Position numbers and translations under genes: made by a program
Part shown: one piece after another, positions 1 through 8,079 of the stretch
Numbering within the stretch: the stretch's first letter is position 1
Layout of the letters: the number at the start of each line of letters is the position of its first letter
Assembly: GCA_051748045.1 (NCBI GenBank)
Contig: JBNJGY010000032.1
Span: forward strand, 1,535 to 23,108
From: Thermotogota bacterium
GTDB taxonomy: Bacteria; Thermotogota; Thermotogae; Petrotogales; Petrotogaceae
Direction of reading: 5' to 3'
Length of the DNA stretch: 21,574 nucleotides
The notes under the pieces: model-generated
The model's database searches: none
Seen by the model: only the letters and a program-made list of their open reading frames with translations
Told to the model about the DNA's origin: nothing

Positions 1-1
1 T

Positions 2-1144
2 ATACCAGATACTATTGGAAACCTTGTTAAAAGTGTAAATCTAAATGATGGAGAAATTTTCATAGAATGGAATAATAATTTACCAATGACAATAAAATCC
101 TTCATAAAATCTAATATGCTTATAATAGATGAAAATATACCTTTTACAAATGGAATAGATGATCATTCAATTCCTCTATCAGGGAAGATCTTAGATTTTG
201 AAACTTATGATTCTGTTGATATAACAGCAGAAGCATCGCCAACAGGATATGATGGAAATCTACTAACTTTAAGTCCAACAAACCCTATTGCTCCTGGTGA
301 TAGTTTAACTTTTGATGCAACATTCACAGTTAGAGATTTAGGGATTGGTGAAATTACAATCGGTGCAACAACTATTTCAAATGATTTGTCAGAAACACCA
401 ATAGATTTATCATCAAGTGACCTTGATTTCTTGAAAAATATTGAAATAACAACTATTCCTGCGACGATTAATTTTGATATGGAAGGTATAGATTTAACAG
501 CTTCATTAACCGTTCTGGCAACATATACATATGATGATAATGGAATTTCAACAACATCTGTAAAAGAAATTAGTGGTAATGTATCTGACGGATTATTAAC
601 AACAGATTTTGCAACTATTATCAATAGAAAACCAAGTGATATGGTTTTCGGTTATGAAATAGCAACAGAAGAAGCCACTTTAAGTGGAACTGATCAAAAA
701 ATAGGAATGTCATTCGAACTTGATTTCCCAATGCAATTTAATGTTACTCAAGATGCTACTTTAATAGATAATATTACAACAGAAGGAGATCTGTTGGGAA
801 GAGATGCTGATAATAGAGAAATGATAAATGATTTATTGGATCAAATAAAATCTTTAGATCTTCATTTAGATCTCGAGAATGATACAGGACTAGAACTGGG
901 AATTAATATATATAAAGGCTCTGAGCTTATTGATACAATAACACTTACAGATCCAATGATTTCATTCAATAATTTAATAGATGAAATTAAAAATAATGAA
1001 CCATTCACATTAACAATCGAACCATTTATTCCTGCAGGAAATTATGCATTGGATGCAAATGGAGAAATTGCAATTAGTTTCTGGGCGTCATTGGATACAG
1101 AATTAGACATTCCAATAAACCTCAGCGATGGAGGTGATGAATGA
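2..1144 (+). CDS. 5'-truncated acidic, beta-rich exported/surface protein of unknown function
   Basis: The frame is open from position 2 (IPDTIGNLVKSVNLNDGEIFIEWNNNLP-MTIK...), so ATG 86 is probably internal. The protein is D/T/I/E-rich with alternating beta-strand patterns. Its stop overlaps the next start (ATGA). Confidence 0.8.
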   Translation: MPDTIGNLVKSVNLNDGEIFIEWNNNLPMTIKSFIKSNMLIIDENIPFTNGIDDHSIPLSGKILDFETYDSVDITAEASPTGYDGNLLTLSPTNPIAPGDSLTFDATFTVRDLGIGEITIGATTISNDLSETPIDLSSSDLDFLKNIEITTIPATINFDMEGIDLTASLTVLATYTYDDNGISTTSVKEISGNVSDGLLTTDFATIINRKPSDMVFGYEIATEEATLSGTDQKIGMSFELDFPMQFNVTQDATLIDNITTEGDLLGRDADNREMINDLLDQIKSLDLHLDLENDTGLELGINIYKGSELIDTITLTDPMISFNNLIDEIKNNEPFTLTIEPFIPAGNYALDANGEIAISFWASLDTELDIPINLSDGGDE

Positions 1145-2379
1145 TGAAAAAATTAATTATAATATCTATTTTGACTATATTTAGTGTCATGATTTTTTCA
1201 GAGTCTTTAACAGCGTGGGATAATCAATTTAACCCAGCTTTGATGAATTCAAAAAGAAGAGGTTTCATAGAAATTGGAGTTACTCCTGACATTATGTTCT
1301 TTCAGAATTTAGTTGATTCAAAGTTCATTTTAGACAATTACGATGCTCAGGAAATAGTGATTGATTTAGATGAATTTTATGGAGGATTAGAAGGAGAAGA
1401 TTTAAAAATAGTAACAGATAATAACGCTAATGTTTATGGATTAGTAAACTTATGGAAATTTGGTCTTGGAGTTTATTCTAATGTGGATTTAGAAGCAAAA
1501 CTTTCGATTCCAAATAGTTTGTTAGAACTATTAACTCAAGGTAATGAAATTGGTCAAACTTATACAGATAGTGGAGAAGTTGTTTTAAATAGTATTGTAG
1601 AAGCAGGTGCTTATAGCTCTTTTTCATGGAAAGATAGAAACCTATTAGGCGTAAAAGTTGGTGCTTTTTTACCTATAATAACTTCTGATAAAGATGCTTC
1701 TTTTGAGTATGGTTTTTCAACAGATGAAACTACCAATTCAATTGAAGGAGAATTAAAAGCAAGTGTGCCAGCTTATTCAAACTTTAATGCTAATGAATTA
1801 GAAAATTTAGATACGGATATGATAATGAATAATTTACTAGGTAATAATGGGTTTAAAATTGATATAGGATATATTAATGGTTATTATAAGAATCCTAAAT
1901 GGGGTGTTGCTGTAAAAAACATCACTCTAAAAAAAGCAAATTTAACAAAATCAGTAAATATAAACGCTGAATATACTATGGAAGCATCAAATATAGTTTT
2001 TGATCAGTCATTTGAAACAAGCGAAAATTTTGAGTTTGTTGATAATGCTGATGTTAATAAAGAATATGCAATGCCAATAGGAGTATCAGGGTTTTATAAA
2101 TTTACATTCATATTTGATTTGATCCCATTTGTAGAATGGTATCCTACTGTTTCTCAATTTAACTTTGGTATAAACGCAAAAAGTAATATTTTCAATATAA
2201 TCCCTTATTCATTTAATTTAGAAAGAGATTATGATATTTGGAAAGCTGGTTTCGGAATTGGACTTAATACATACTTAGTTGAAACTAGATTAAACGTTTC
2301 ATTAGCAAATTCTAAATTAGTTAATATATTTGATTTAAAAGGGATTTCAGCAAAAATTAACCTAGCTGTTGGTTTTTAA
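1141..2379 (+). CDS. Predicted outer-membrane beta-barrel protein (DUF5723-like)
   Basis: SD GGAGGTG at 1130-1136 (start 1141 or 1144). Signal peptide MKKLIIISILTIFSVMIFS, an early NPAL motif, amphipathic strands and a C-terminal beta-signal AKINLAVGF. Confidence 0.7.
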   Translation: MMKKLIIISILTIFSVMIFSESLTAWDNQFNPALMNSKRRGFIEIGVTPDIMFFQNLVDSKFILDNYDAQEIVIDLDEFYGGLEGEDLKIVTDNNANVYGLVNLWKFGLGVYSNVDLEAKLSIPNSLLELLTQGNEIGQTYTDSGEVVLNSIVEAGAYSSFSWKDRNLLGVKVGAFLPIITSDKDASFEYGFSTDETTNSIEGELKASVPAYSNFNANELENLDTDMIMNNLLGNNGFKIDIGYINGYYKNPKWGVAVKNITLKKANLTKSVNINAEYTMEASNIVFDQSFETSENFEFVDNADVNKEYAMPIGVSGFYKFTFIFDLIPFVEWYPTVSQFNFGINAKSNIFNIIPYSFNLERDYDIWKAGFGIGLNTYLVETRLNVSLANSKLVNIFDLKGISAKINLAVGF

Positions 2380-2380
2380 C

Positions 2381-2409
2381 TTGACAAGACCTCCTTTAGT
2401 TATTATAAT
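2381..2409 (+). promoter_or_regulatory. Consensus sigma70/sigmaA promoter for acpP
   Basis: TTGACA (2381-2386), 17-bp spacer, TATAAT (2404-2409); SD GGAGG at 2441-2445. Confidence 0.9.
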
Positions 2410-2454
2410 TAAAAAGAATTTTTAAAAAATCGTATTTCCGGGAGGTTATAATAT

Positions 2455-2712
2455 ATGACAAGAGAAGAATTATTTGAAAAAGTAAAAGAAATAATTTCTG
2501 AAACGTTGAGTGTTGAAGAAGAAGACATAACAATAGACGCTTCTTTCACAGATGACTTGGATGCTGACTCACTTGAATTAGTTGATTTAACCATGGCATT
2601 CGAATCTGAACTGGGAATAACTATAGAAGACGAAGAAGTCGAAAGCATTAAAACTGTAGAAGATGCAGTAAATGCGATTGCAGACAAATTAGATATTGAT
2701 GACGAAGATTAA
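2455..2712 (+). CDS. acpP: Acyl carrier protein
   Basis: 85-aa acidic protein with the DLDADSLELVDL phosphopantetheine-Ser motif, FESELGITIEDEE and IKTVEDAV. Confidence 0.97.
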   Translation: MTREELFEKVKEIISETLSVEEEDITIDASFTDDLDADSLELVDLTMAFESELGITIEDEEVESIKTVEDAVNAIADKLDIDDED

Positions 2713-2720
2713 CCCATAAC

Positions 2721-2749
2721 GAGGGGGAGCATTTGCTCCCTCTTTTTTT
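2721..2749 (+). terminator. Intrinsic terminator after acpP
   Basis: GAGGGGGAGC-ATTT-GCTCCCTC hairpin followed by T7. Confidence 0.85.
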
Positions 2750-2778
2750 ATAAAAAGCTATTCATTTAAGTTTTTAGC

Positions 2779-2826
2779 TGAAGATGGAACTTGAGTGTTT
2801 TTACTTCCAAACTTCATCTTCCAACT
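2779..2826. repeat. Inverted heptamer-type repeat element in the pyrG leader
   Basis: GAAGATG (2780-2786) pairs with CATCTTC (2815-2821). The reverse complement of 2798-2825 shares exact 11-bp and 10-bp blocks with 17748-17782. Confidence 0.55.
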
Positions 2827-2860
2827 TTAATTAAAGCATTAATAAATAAAGGAGGCTGAC

Positions 2861-4411
2861 ATGGCTAAGAAGTATATTATCGTAACAGGTGGAGTTTTAA
2901 GTGGTATAGGAAAAGGAGTTGTTTCTGCTTCTATGGGAAGACTCATGAAAGAATCTGGGATCAAAGTAAATTCTTTAAAAATTGATCCATATTTAAATGT
3001 TGATGCAGGAACAATGAATCCAAATCAACATGGTGAAGTCTTTGTAACTGATGATGGTTATGAAGCAGATCTTGATTTGGGACATTACGAAAGATTTTTG
3101 GGTATTGACATGAAAAGTGAGAATAACATGACTGCTGGTCAAGTTTTTAGTTCTTTGATAAACAAAGAAAGAGAAGGGAAATTTCTTGGTGGAACCGTTC
3201 AAATGGTTCCTCATATGACAAATGAAATCAAAGAAAAAATTGAAAGTATAGATACAGAACTGCTTTTAATTGAAATTGGGGGGACTGTTGGAGATATCGA
3301 AGGAGAAATCTTCTTCGAAGCAATAAGACAGTTGTCAATGGAAAAAGGTAGAGAAAACTTTATGTTTGTCCACGTAACTTTTGTTCCTTTTTTGAGAGTA
3401 ACTAACGAGTTTAAAACTAAACCAACTCAACAATCAGTTCAACAATTAAGAAGAATTGGTATTCAGCCTGACATGATTGTTATAAGGACAGAAAAAGAGA
3501 TAGATTATTCAAGTCTTGAAAAAGTTGCTTTGTTTGGAGGAGTTAAGAACGAATACGTTGTTAATTTGCCTGATTTAAGCAATATTTATGAAGTACCAGA
3601 AGTTCTAGATAAAATGAAAATTCAAGACTTAGTAGCAAAGAGATTAGACTTTAAGATTAAAAATGAAATAAAATGGTCCTGTCCAAGAACTTTCAAAAAT
3701 TTAAAAATCGCTATGATAGGAAAATATCTTGGTACGGATGATGCTTATAAAAGTATTTTAGAAAGTATTTTCTTAACTGGGGTAAAAAAACCAGAGATGG
3801 TTGATTCTGAGATGCTTGAAGAATTAGATGATGAAGGATTAGAAAGTGTTTTGGGCAAATATGAAGGGATTATAATACCTGGTGGTTTTGGTAAAAGAGG
3901 AATTGAAGGTAAAATAAGAGCTTTGAAATATGCTAGAGAGAAAAATGTCCCTACATTGGGAATTTGTCTAGGCATGCAGCTTATGGTTGTTGAATATGCA
4001 AGAAATGTTAAAGGACTAGATGGTGCAAATTCTACTGAGTTTAACCCAGAGACAAAATATCCTATTATAGATATAATGGAAGAACAAAAGAAAAATTTAC
4101 ATATGGGTGGAACGATGAGACTTGGAGCCCAAAAAACAGATGTTGTTAAAGGTACTAAACTATATGAAGTTTATAAGTCAGAAACTATTTATGAAAGACA
4201 TAGACATAGATATGAAGTTAATTACAAGCAATTTGAAAATATTTTTGATCAAATGGTCGTTTCAGCAAAAACAGATTTTGTAGAAGCTGTGGAAATAAAA
4301 GATAATGATTTTTACATAGGAATACAATATCATCCAGAATTAAAGTCAAAAGTTGGAGCACCAAATCCACTATTTACAGCATTTAAAGAATCTATAGAAA
4401 AAAGAAGATAA
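2861..4411 (+). CDS. pyrG: CTP synthase
   Basis: KYIIVTGGVLSGIGKG, KIDPYLNVDAGTMNPNQHGEVFV, KTKPTQQSV; glutaminase motifs GICLGMQ and QYHPE; SD AGGAGG at 2850-2855. Confidence 0.98.
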   Translation: MAKKYIIVTGGVLSGIGKGVVSASMGRLMKESGIKVNSLKIDPYLNVDAGTMNPNQHGEVFVTDDGYEADLDLGHYERFLGIDMKSENNMTAGQVFSSLINKEREGKFLGGTVQMVPHMTNEIKEKIESIDTELLLIEIGGTVGDIEGEIFFEAIRQLSMEKGRENFMFVHVTFVPFLRVTNEFKTKPTQQSVQQLRRIGIQPDMIVIRTEKEIDYSSLEKVALFGGVKNEYVVNLPDLSNIYEVPEVLDKMKIQDLVAKRLDFKIKNEIKWSCPRTFKNLKIAMIGKYLGTDDAYKSILESIFLTGVKKPEMVDSEMLEELDDEGLESVLGKYEGIIIPGGFGKRGIEGKIRALKYAREKNVPTLGICLGMQLMVVEYARNVKGLDGANSTEFNPETKYPIIDIMEEQKKNLHMGGTMRLGAQKTDVVKGTKLYEVYKSETIYERHRHRYEVNYKQFENIFDQMVVSAKTDFVEAVEIKDNDFYIGIQYHPELKSKVGAPNPLFTAFKESIEKRR

Positions 4412-4451
4412 AAAAAAGAGAAAGCTAAATTTAGCTTTCTCTTATTTTTTT
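4410..4451. terminator. Bidirectional intrinsic terminator between convergent pyrG and rsmA
   Basis: Perfect 28-bp palindrome AAGAGAAAGCTAAA/TTTAGCTTTCTCTT (4416-4443) flanked by A- and T-tracts. The right arm encodes the last rsmA codons. Confidence 0.85.
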
Positions 4452-5231
4452 ATATAGGTCAACATAATTTTGTACAGATAAATTTTCTGGTCTATTTTTT
4501 GGATTTATTTTTAGACTTTCTAATATAGAATCTGGATTTCCAGTTAATTTTTTTAAATTATTTTTTATGGTCTTCCTTCTCATTGAAAAGCATGTTTTAA
4601 CGAATTTCATGAAATCTTTACTGTCTAAATCGTATTTTTTATGTGGTTTGAATTCAATGACAAGAGAATCTATTTTTGGATTTGGAATAAAAGCACCTTT
4701 AGGAATTTCTAGAACACTTCTTACATCACAAAAATATTGGCTAAAGACGGTTAGTGGACTAAAATTTTTTTTGTTAAGTCCTAAAATTCTTTCTCCAAAT
4801 TCTTTCTGAACCATTAAATAGGCTCTTTGAAAATCTGGAGTTTCTAAAAATATTTTTTCTAATATAGGTGAAGAAATATTATAAGGTATGTTTGCTATAT
4901 AGATGGGATTATTTTTATTGAATTTTGATATATCAGCAGATAAAAAATCTTGAAAAACAATATTAATTTTATCTTCATTTTCAAACCTTTCTTCTAATAA
5001 AGGTTTTAGGGATTCATCAATTTCGTAGGAAATAAGATTATTAGACTTATGAATAATTTCTTCTGAAAGAGTTCCAGCTCCTGTTCCTATTTCTATAATG
5101 AAATCTTCTTCTTTAATATCAGCTTCTTTTACTATTTTTTTTGCAATTTTATCTTCTGCTAAAAAATTTTGTCCAAATCTTTTTTTTAGTTTTATATTGT
5201 ACTTCTTAAGCCAATAGGATGTTTTTAACAT
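4431..5231 (-). CDS. rsmA: 16S rRNA adenine dimethyltransferase RsmA/KsgA
   Basis: KKRFGQNFL, IEIGTGAG SAM motif, ANIPYNIS, LMVQKEFGER, FIPNPKIDS, FSMRRKTI; SD GAGGTG on the minus strand at 5237-5242. Confidence 0.96.
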   Translation of the reverse strand: MLKTSYWLKKYNIKLKKRFGQNFLAEDKIAKKIVKEADIKEEDFIIEIGTGAGTLSEEIIHKSNNLISYEIDESLKPLLEERFENEDKINIVFQDFLSADISKFNKNNPIYIANIPYNISSPILEKIFLETPDFQRAYLMVQKEFGERILGLNKKNFSPLTVFSQYFCDVRSVLEIPKGAFIPNPKIDSLVIEFKPHKKYDLDSKDFMKFVKTCFSMRRKTIKNNLKKLTGNPDSILESLKINPKNRPENLSVQNYVDLYKKIRES

Positions 5232-5306
5232 TGTTGCACCTCATTTATAAGTTTTAAAACAATTTTTTATATAATCATATTTTAAGCATATTCACTCAAT
5301 AAAATA

Positions 5307-5336
5307 TACATTAATGTAACAAATAAATAATATAAT
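5307..5336 (+). promoter_or_regulatory. Putative promoter of the envelope operon: -10 TATAAT with a 12-bp palindrome over the -35 position
   Basis: TACATTAATGTA at 5307-5318 and TATAAT at 5331-5336, with no recognisable -35 hexamer; SD GGAGG at 5352-5356. Confidence 0.4.
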
Positions 5337-5363
5337 ATTGATAACAGAAAGGGAGGGGGTAAT

Positions 5364-6938
5364 ATGAAAAAAAATGTTTTTTTCGCACTTTTTTTGCTTC
5401 TTGTTGTACCAATATTTTCTTTTATGGTACAGCCACTATCCCAAACATTGGAAGTTGAGCCTGGAGAACAGCTCACAATTGAACTAATATTAAGCAGTAC
5501 AGCCCCTACACAAGAAGTGATAAATGTTACAGCGTCTGGTTTGTATTCATCCAGTACAGATGATGAATGGATATCTGATGATAATTATAACAGAAGTTGT
5601 GCAAAATGGTTAACTCTTCCAGACCAAATAACTTTAAGCTCTGGACAGAGTATAGTTTTACAAATAGATGTAGAAGTTCCAGTCAATACTGTTGGTAGCT
5701 ATTTTGCTGGGTTAAATTTTAAAAGCGCCGTCTCGTCAGATATAGGCCAAATAGCTTATAAATTTTCATATCTTTCAGTTCTTCAAATAGTAGTTAAAGG
5801 TAGAGGTAATAGAGATAATTTAACTCTTCCTTCAGCTACAACTACTGTAATAATGAATGAAAACTTTTTTGAAGGTATGAGAGTTGAATTTGAAGCTTTT
5901 AACCCTAGTGATTGGTTAAGTGGTGTTTGGGGAAAAATAGATATAAAATCAGATGAACAGAAAAGAATTTTATCTTCACTGAATATTGAAAAAGAAAATG
6001 CTGAAGTAGTTTTTCCTAAAAAAAATAAAATGTTTCAGTATGACATACAAAGACTTATTCCGCCAGGGGAGTATACTCTACAATTGATTATGGATTATGG
6101 ATACAAAGAGTATTATAAAGGAAAAATAACAAAAGAGTTTAATTTTATGATTTCTGATGATGTTGAAAAAAATAGGGAAAACTTGTTTGTCAGGTTAGAA
6201 AAGAACCAGATATTTGAAAGTATGGATTTAAGAGAAACTTCTAGAGGTTTGTATACTGATCCCAAATATGTAAATTTTAGAGCATTTAATTATGATTATG
6301 TTGATATAACTATAGAACCAGAAATTCAAGACATATTTACCCCAAAAGGTTTTAATGGAGAAAGGTATACTAGAAATATAGATAGTGAATATGTACAAAT
6401 TAGGCCAGATAAAGATATTTTATCTAGAGCTTTTTATCCTTCGGGGGATCAAATTAGATTATTTATTGATTATCGTAAAGCAGATTTATCCAAGTATAAA
6501 GGCGAATATTATGGATATCTTGATTTAAGTTATTTTGGAGAGCTTGACTCAAAAATCATAAAAAATCAAGAAAAAATTCCTATAATATTAAATTTTGGGA
6601 ATAATGAGTTTGAACTAAAACATAATTTGTTAAATACTAAAATAATAAATAATAAAATTACAGGAAATTTTAATCTTGAAAATTTAGGTAATTCTAGAAT
6701 AGAAGTAATTTTAGAGCAATTAGATTATGATATTGATGAGCAAAAAATTTTAGAAACAAAAGAAATATATAATGATAGTATTTATCCTGATTGTGTAATA
6801 AGCATAAACTTAAATTCTGAGTTCGATGAAAGTGTTGACTCGATAATCTATAATATTGAATACATAACATATGATGAAGAAGGAAAATCTTTATCTCAAA
6901 AAGATACTTATGAAGTTGAAATAAAGAGGGATGATTAA
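5364..6938 (+). CDS. Exported multi-Ig-domain protein, PapD-chaperone-like / DUF916-DUF3324-like
   Basis: Signal peptide. VQPLSQTLEVEPGE...RSCAKWLTLPDQITLSSGQS...VPVNTVGSYFAGL resembles PapD_N/DUF916-type Ig domains. VFPKKNKMF...LIPPGEYTLQLIMDYG resembles the partner Ig domain. Confidence 0.55.
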   Translation: MKKNVFFALFLLLVVPIFSFMVQPLSQTLEVEPGEQLTIELILSSTAPTQEVINVTASGLYSSSTDDEWISDDNYNRSCAKWLTLPDQITLSSGQSIVLQIDVEVPVNTVGSYFAGLNFKSAVSSDIGQIAYKFSYLSVLQIVVKGRGNRDNLTLPSATTTVIMNENFFEGMRVEFEAFNPSDWLSGVWGKIDIKSDEQKRILSSLNIEKENAEVVFPKKNKMFQYDIQRLIPPGEYTLQLIMDYGYKEYYKGKITKEFNFMISDDVEKNRENLFVRLEKNQIFESMDLRETSRGLYTDPKYVNFRAFNYDYVDITIEPEIQDIFTPKGFNGERYTRNIDSEYVQIRPDKDILSRAFYPSGDQIRLFIDYRKADLSKYKGEYYGYLDLSYFGELDSKIIKNQEKIPIILNFGNNEFELKHNLLNTKIINNKITGNFNLENLGNSRIEVILEQLDYDIDEQKILETKEIYNDSIYPDCVISINLNSEFDESVDSIIYNIEYITYDEEGKSLSQKDTYEVEIKRDD

Positions 6939-6939
6939 G

Positions 6940-8079
6940 ATGAAAAAAATAATCTTTTTTATCTTTATTTTAACATTTTTCTTTATAAATACCTTTTCAC
7001 AAAATTATTTTGTTTCTGCTTTCCAAACAGATATTAGAGAGGTTTTGAGTACTTTATCATATGATACAGGAATACCAATAATCATGGACCCCAATATATC
7101 TGGAGTACTAACTTTAGAAATTGAAAGTGATAATTTAGAAGAAGTGATGGATTTGGTTTTGATGCCTTTTGGTTTCGCTTGGAAACAATATGAAGATTAT
7201 ATATTAGTGGGTATCCCTGACCATGCTTCTGATACAGCGGTTCATTTAAACGAGAATTATATGATAAAAACAAGAAATTTGAATGCCAATGATATTGTTT
7301 CTTTACTTCCTGATTATTATTCTCATTATGTGACATTCAATGAGAATATAACTGATTTTGTTACTATAATTGCTCCGCCAAAATTAGCAGGGGATATAGC
7401 AGAACTTATAATGAAAATTGATTCTCAATATTATACATTAACTTATTCAATAAAAGCTATCCAATTAGACAAACAAATATTTTCCGAATGGTTTATATCT
7501 GAATTTCAATTTGTTGATGCAACATCTCAAGATGGTGTTTCGGGAATTTCCATTGTGGATAATATTTTTCAAATAATAGAAAGCTTTGGAGGTCAAAGGT
7601 TGAATTTAGTTTTAAATAGAGCAATAGAAAATAATATAGGAGAAATAGTAGCCAATGTTTCTCTTAAAACTATGCTGGGAAACTCAACTACTGTTTCTGG
7701 TAGATTGACAGATACTGTTAGTGAAGAAGAAGATACCGATTATATGGGGTTTATAGTTACATTAATGCCTTATACTTTAATTAATGATAATGTTAAAACG
7801 GGAGTAAGTATTGAACTAAAAGATCTTAGAGAAATTAACGATTTGAATATGTATTTAGTGGGTAATATGCAAACAGTTGTCGATTTAAGACTTTACGAAG
7901 AGAATTATGTAGCATCATTTGATTATAAATCCAATCAAATTAAAGACGTAGGAATACCATTAATATCAAAAATACCCGGTTTGGGTTCAATTTTTTCTAG
8001 AAAAATTCAAGCAGAAAAAGAGCATAAAATAATATTCTTAATTGAATGCAATGAAATTAGGGGTGAGAAATTTGAATAA
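6940..8079 (+). CDS. Compact secretin family protein (N0/STN + ring domain + secretin core)
   Basis: ATG 6940 is preferred over 6931 on SD spacing. Signal peptide; N0-like TDIREVLSTLSYDTGIPIIMDPNISGVLTL; N-domain VTIIAPPKLAGDIAELIMKID; secretin signature GIPLISKIPGLGSIF (7951-7995). Confidence 0.8.
   Translation: MKKIIFFIFILTFFFINTFSQNYFVSAFQTDIREVLSTLSYDTGIPIIMDPNISGVLTLEIESDNLEEVMDLVLMPFGFAWKQYEDYILVGIPDHASDTAVHLNENYMIKTRNLNANDIVSLLPDYYSHYVTFNENITDFVTIIAPPKLAGDIAELIMKIDSQYYTLTYSIKAIQLDKQIFSEWFISEFQFVDATSQDGVSGISIVDNIFQIIESFGGQRLNLVLNRAIENNIGEIVANVSLKTMLGNSTTVSGRLTDTVSEEEDTDYMGFIVTLMPYTLINDNVKTGVSIELKDLREINDLNMYLVGNMQTVVDLRLYEENYVASFDYKSNQIKDVGIPLISKIPGLGSIFSRKIQAEKEHKIIFLIECNEIRGEKFE

Noticed and set aside
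2713-2860. Bacillus-type pyrG reiterative-transcription attenuator (hairpin contains GCTCCC)
   Set aside because: The C-rich tract is on the downstream arm rather than the upstream arm, and no promoter with a GGGC start is visible. It is better explained as the acpP terminator.
5364-5400. Phase variation at A8/T7 runs in the signal-peptide coding region
   Set aside because: Runs of this length are common throughout this AT-rich window, and the frame is intact.
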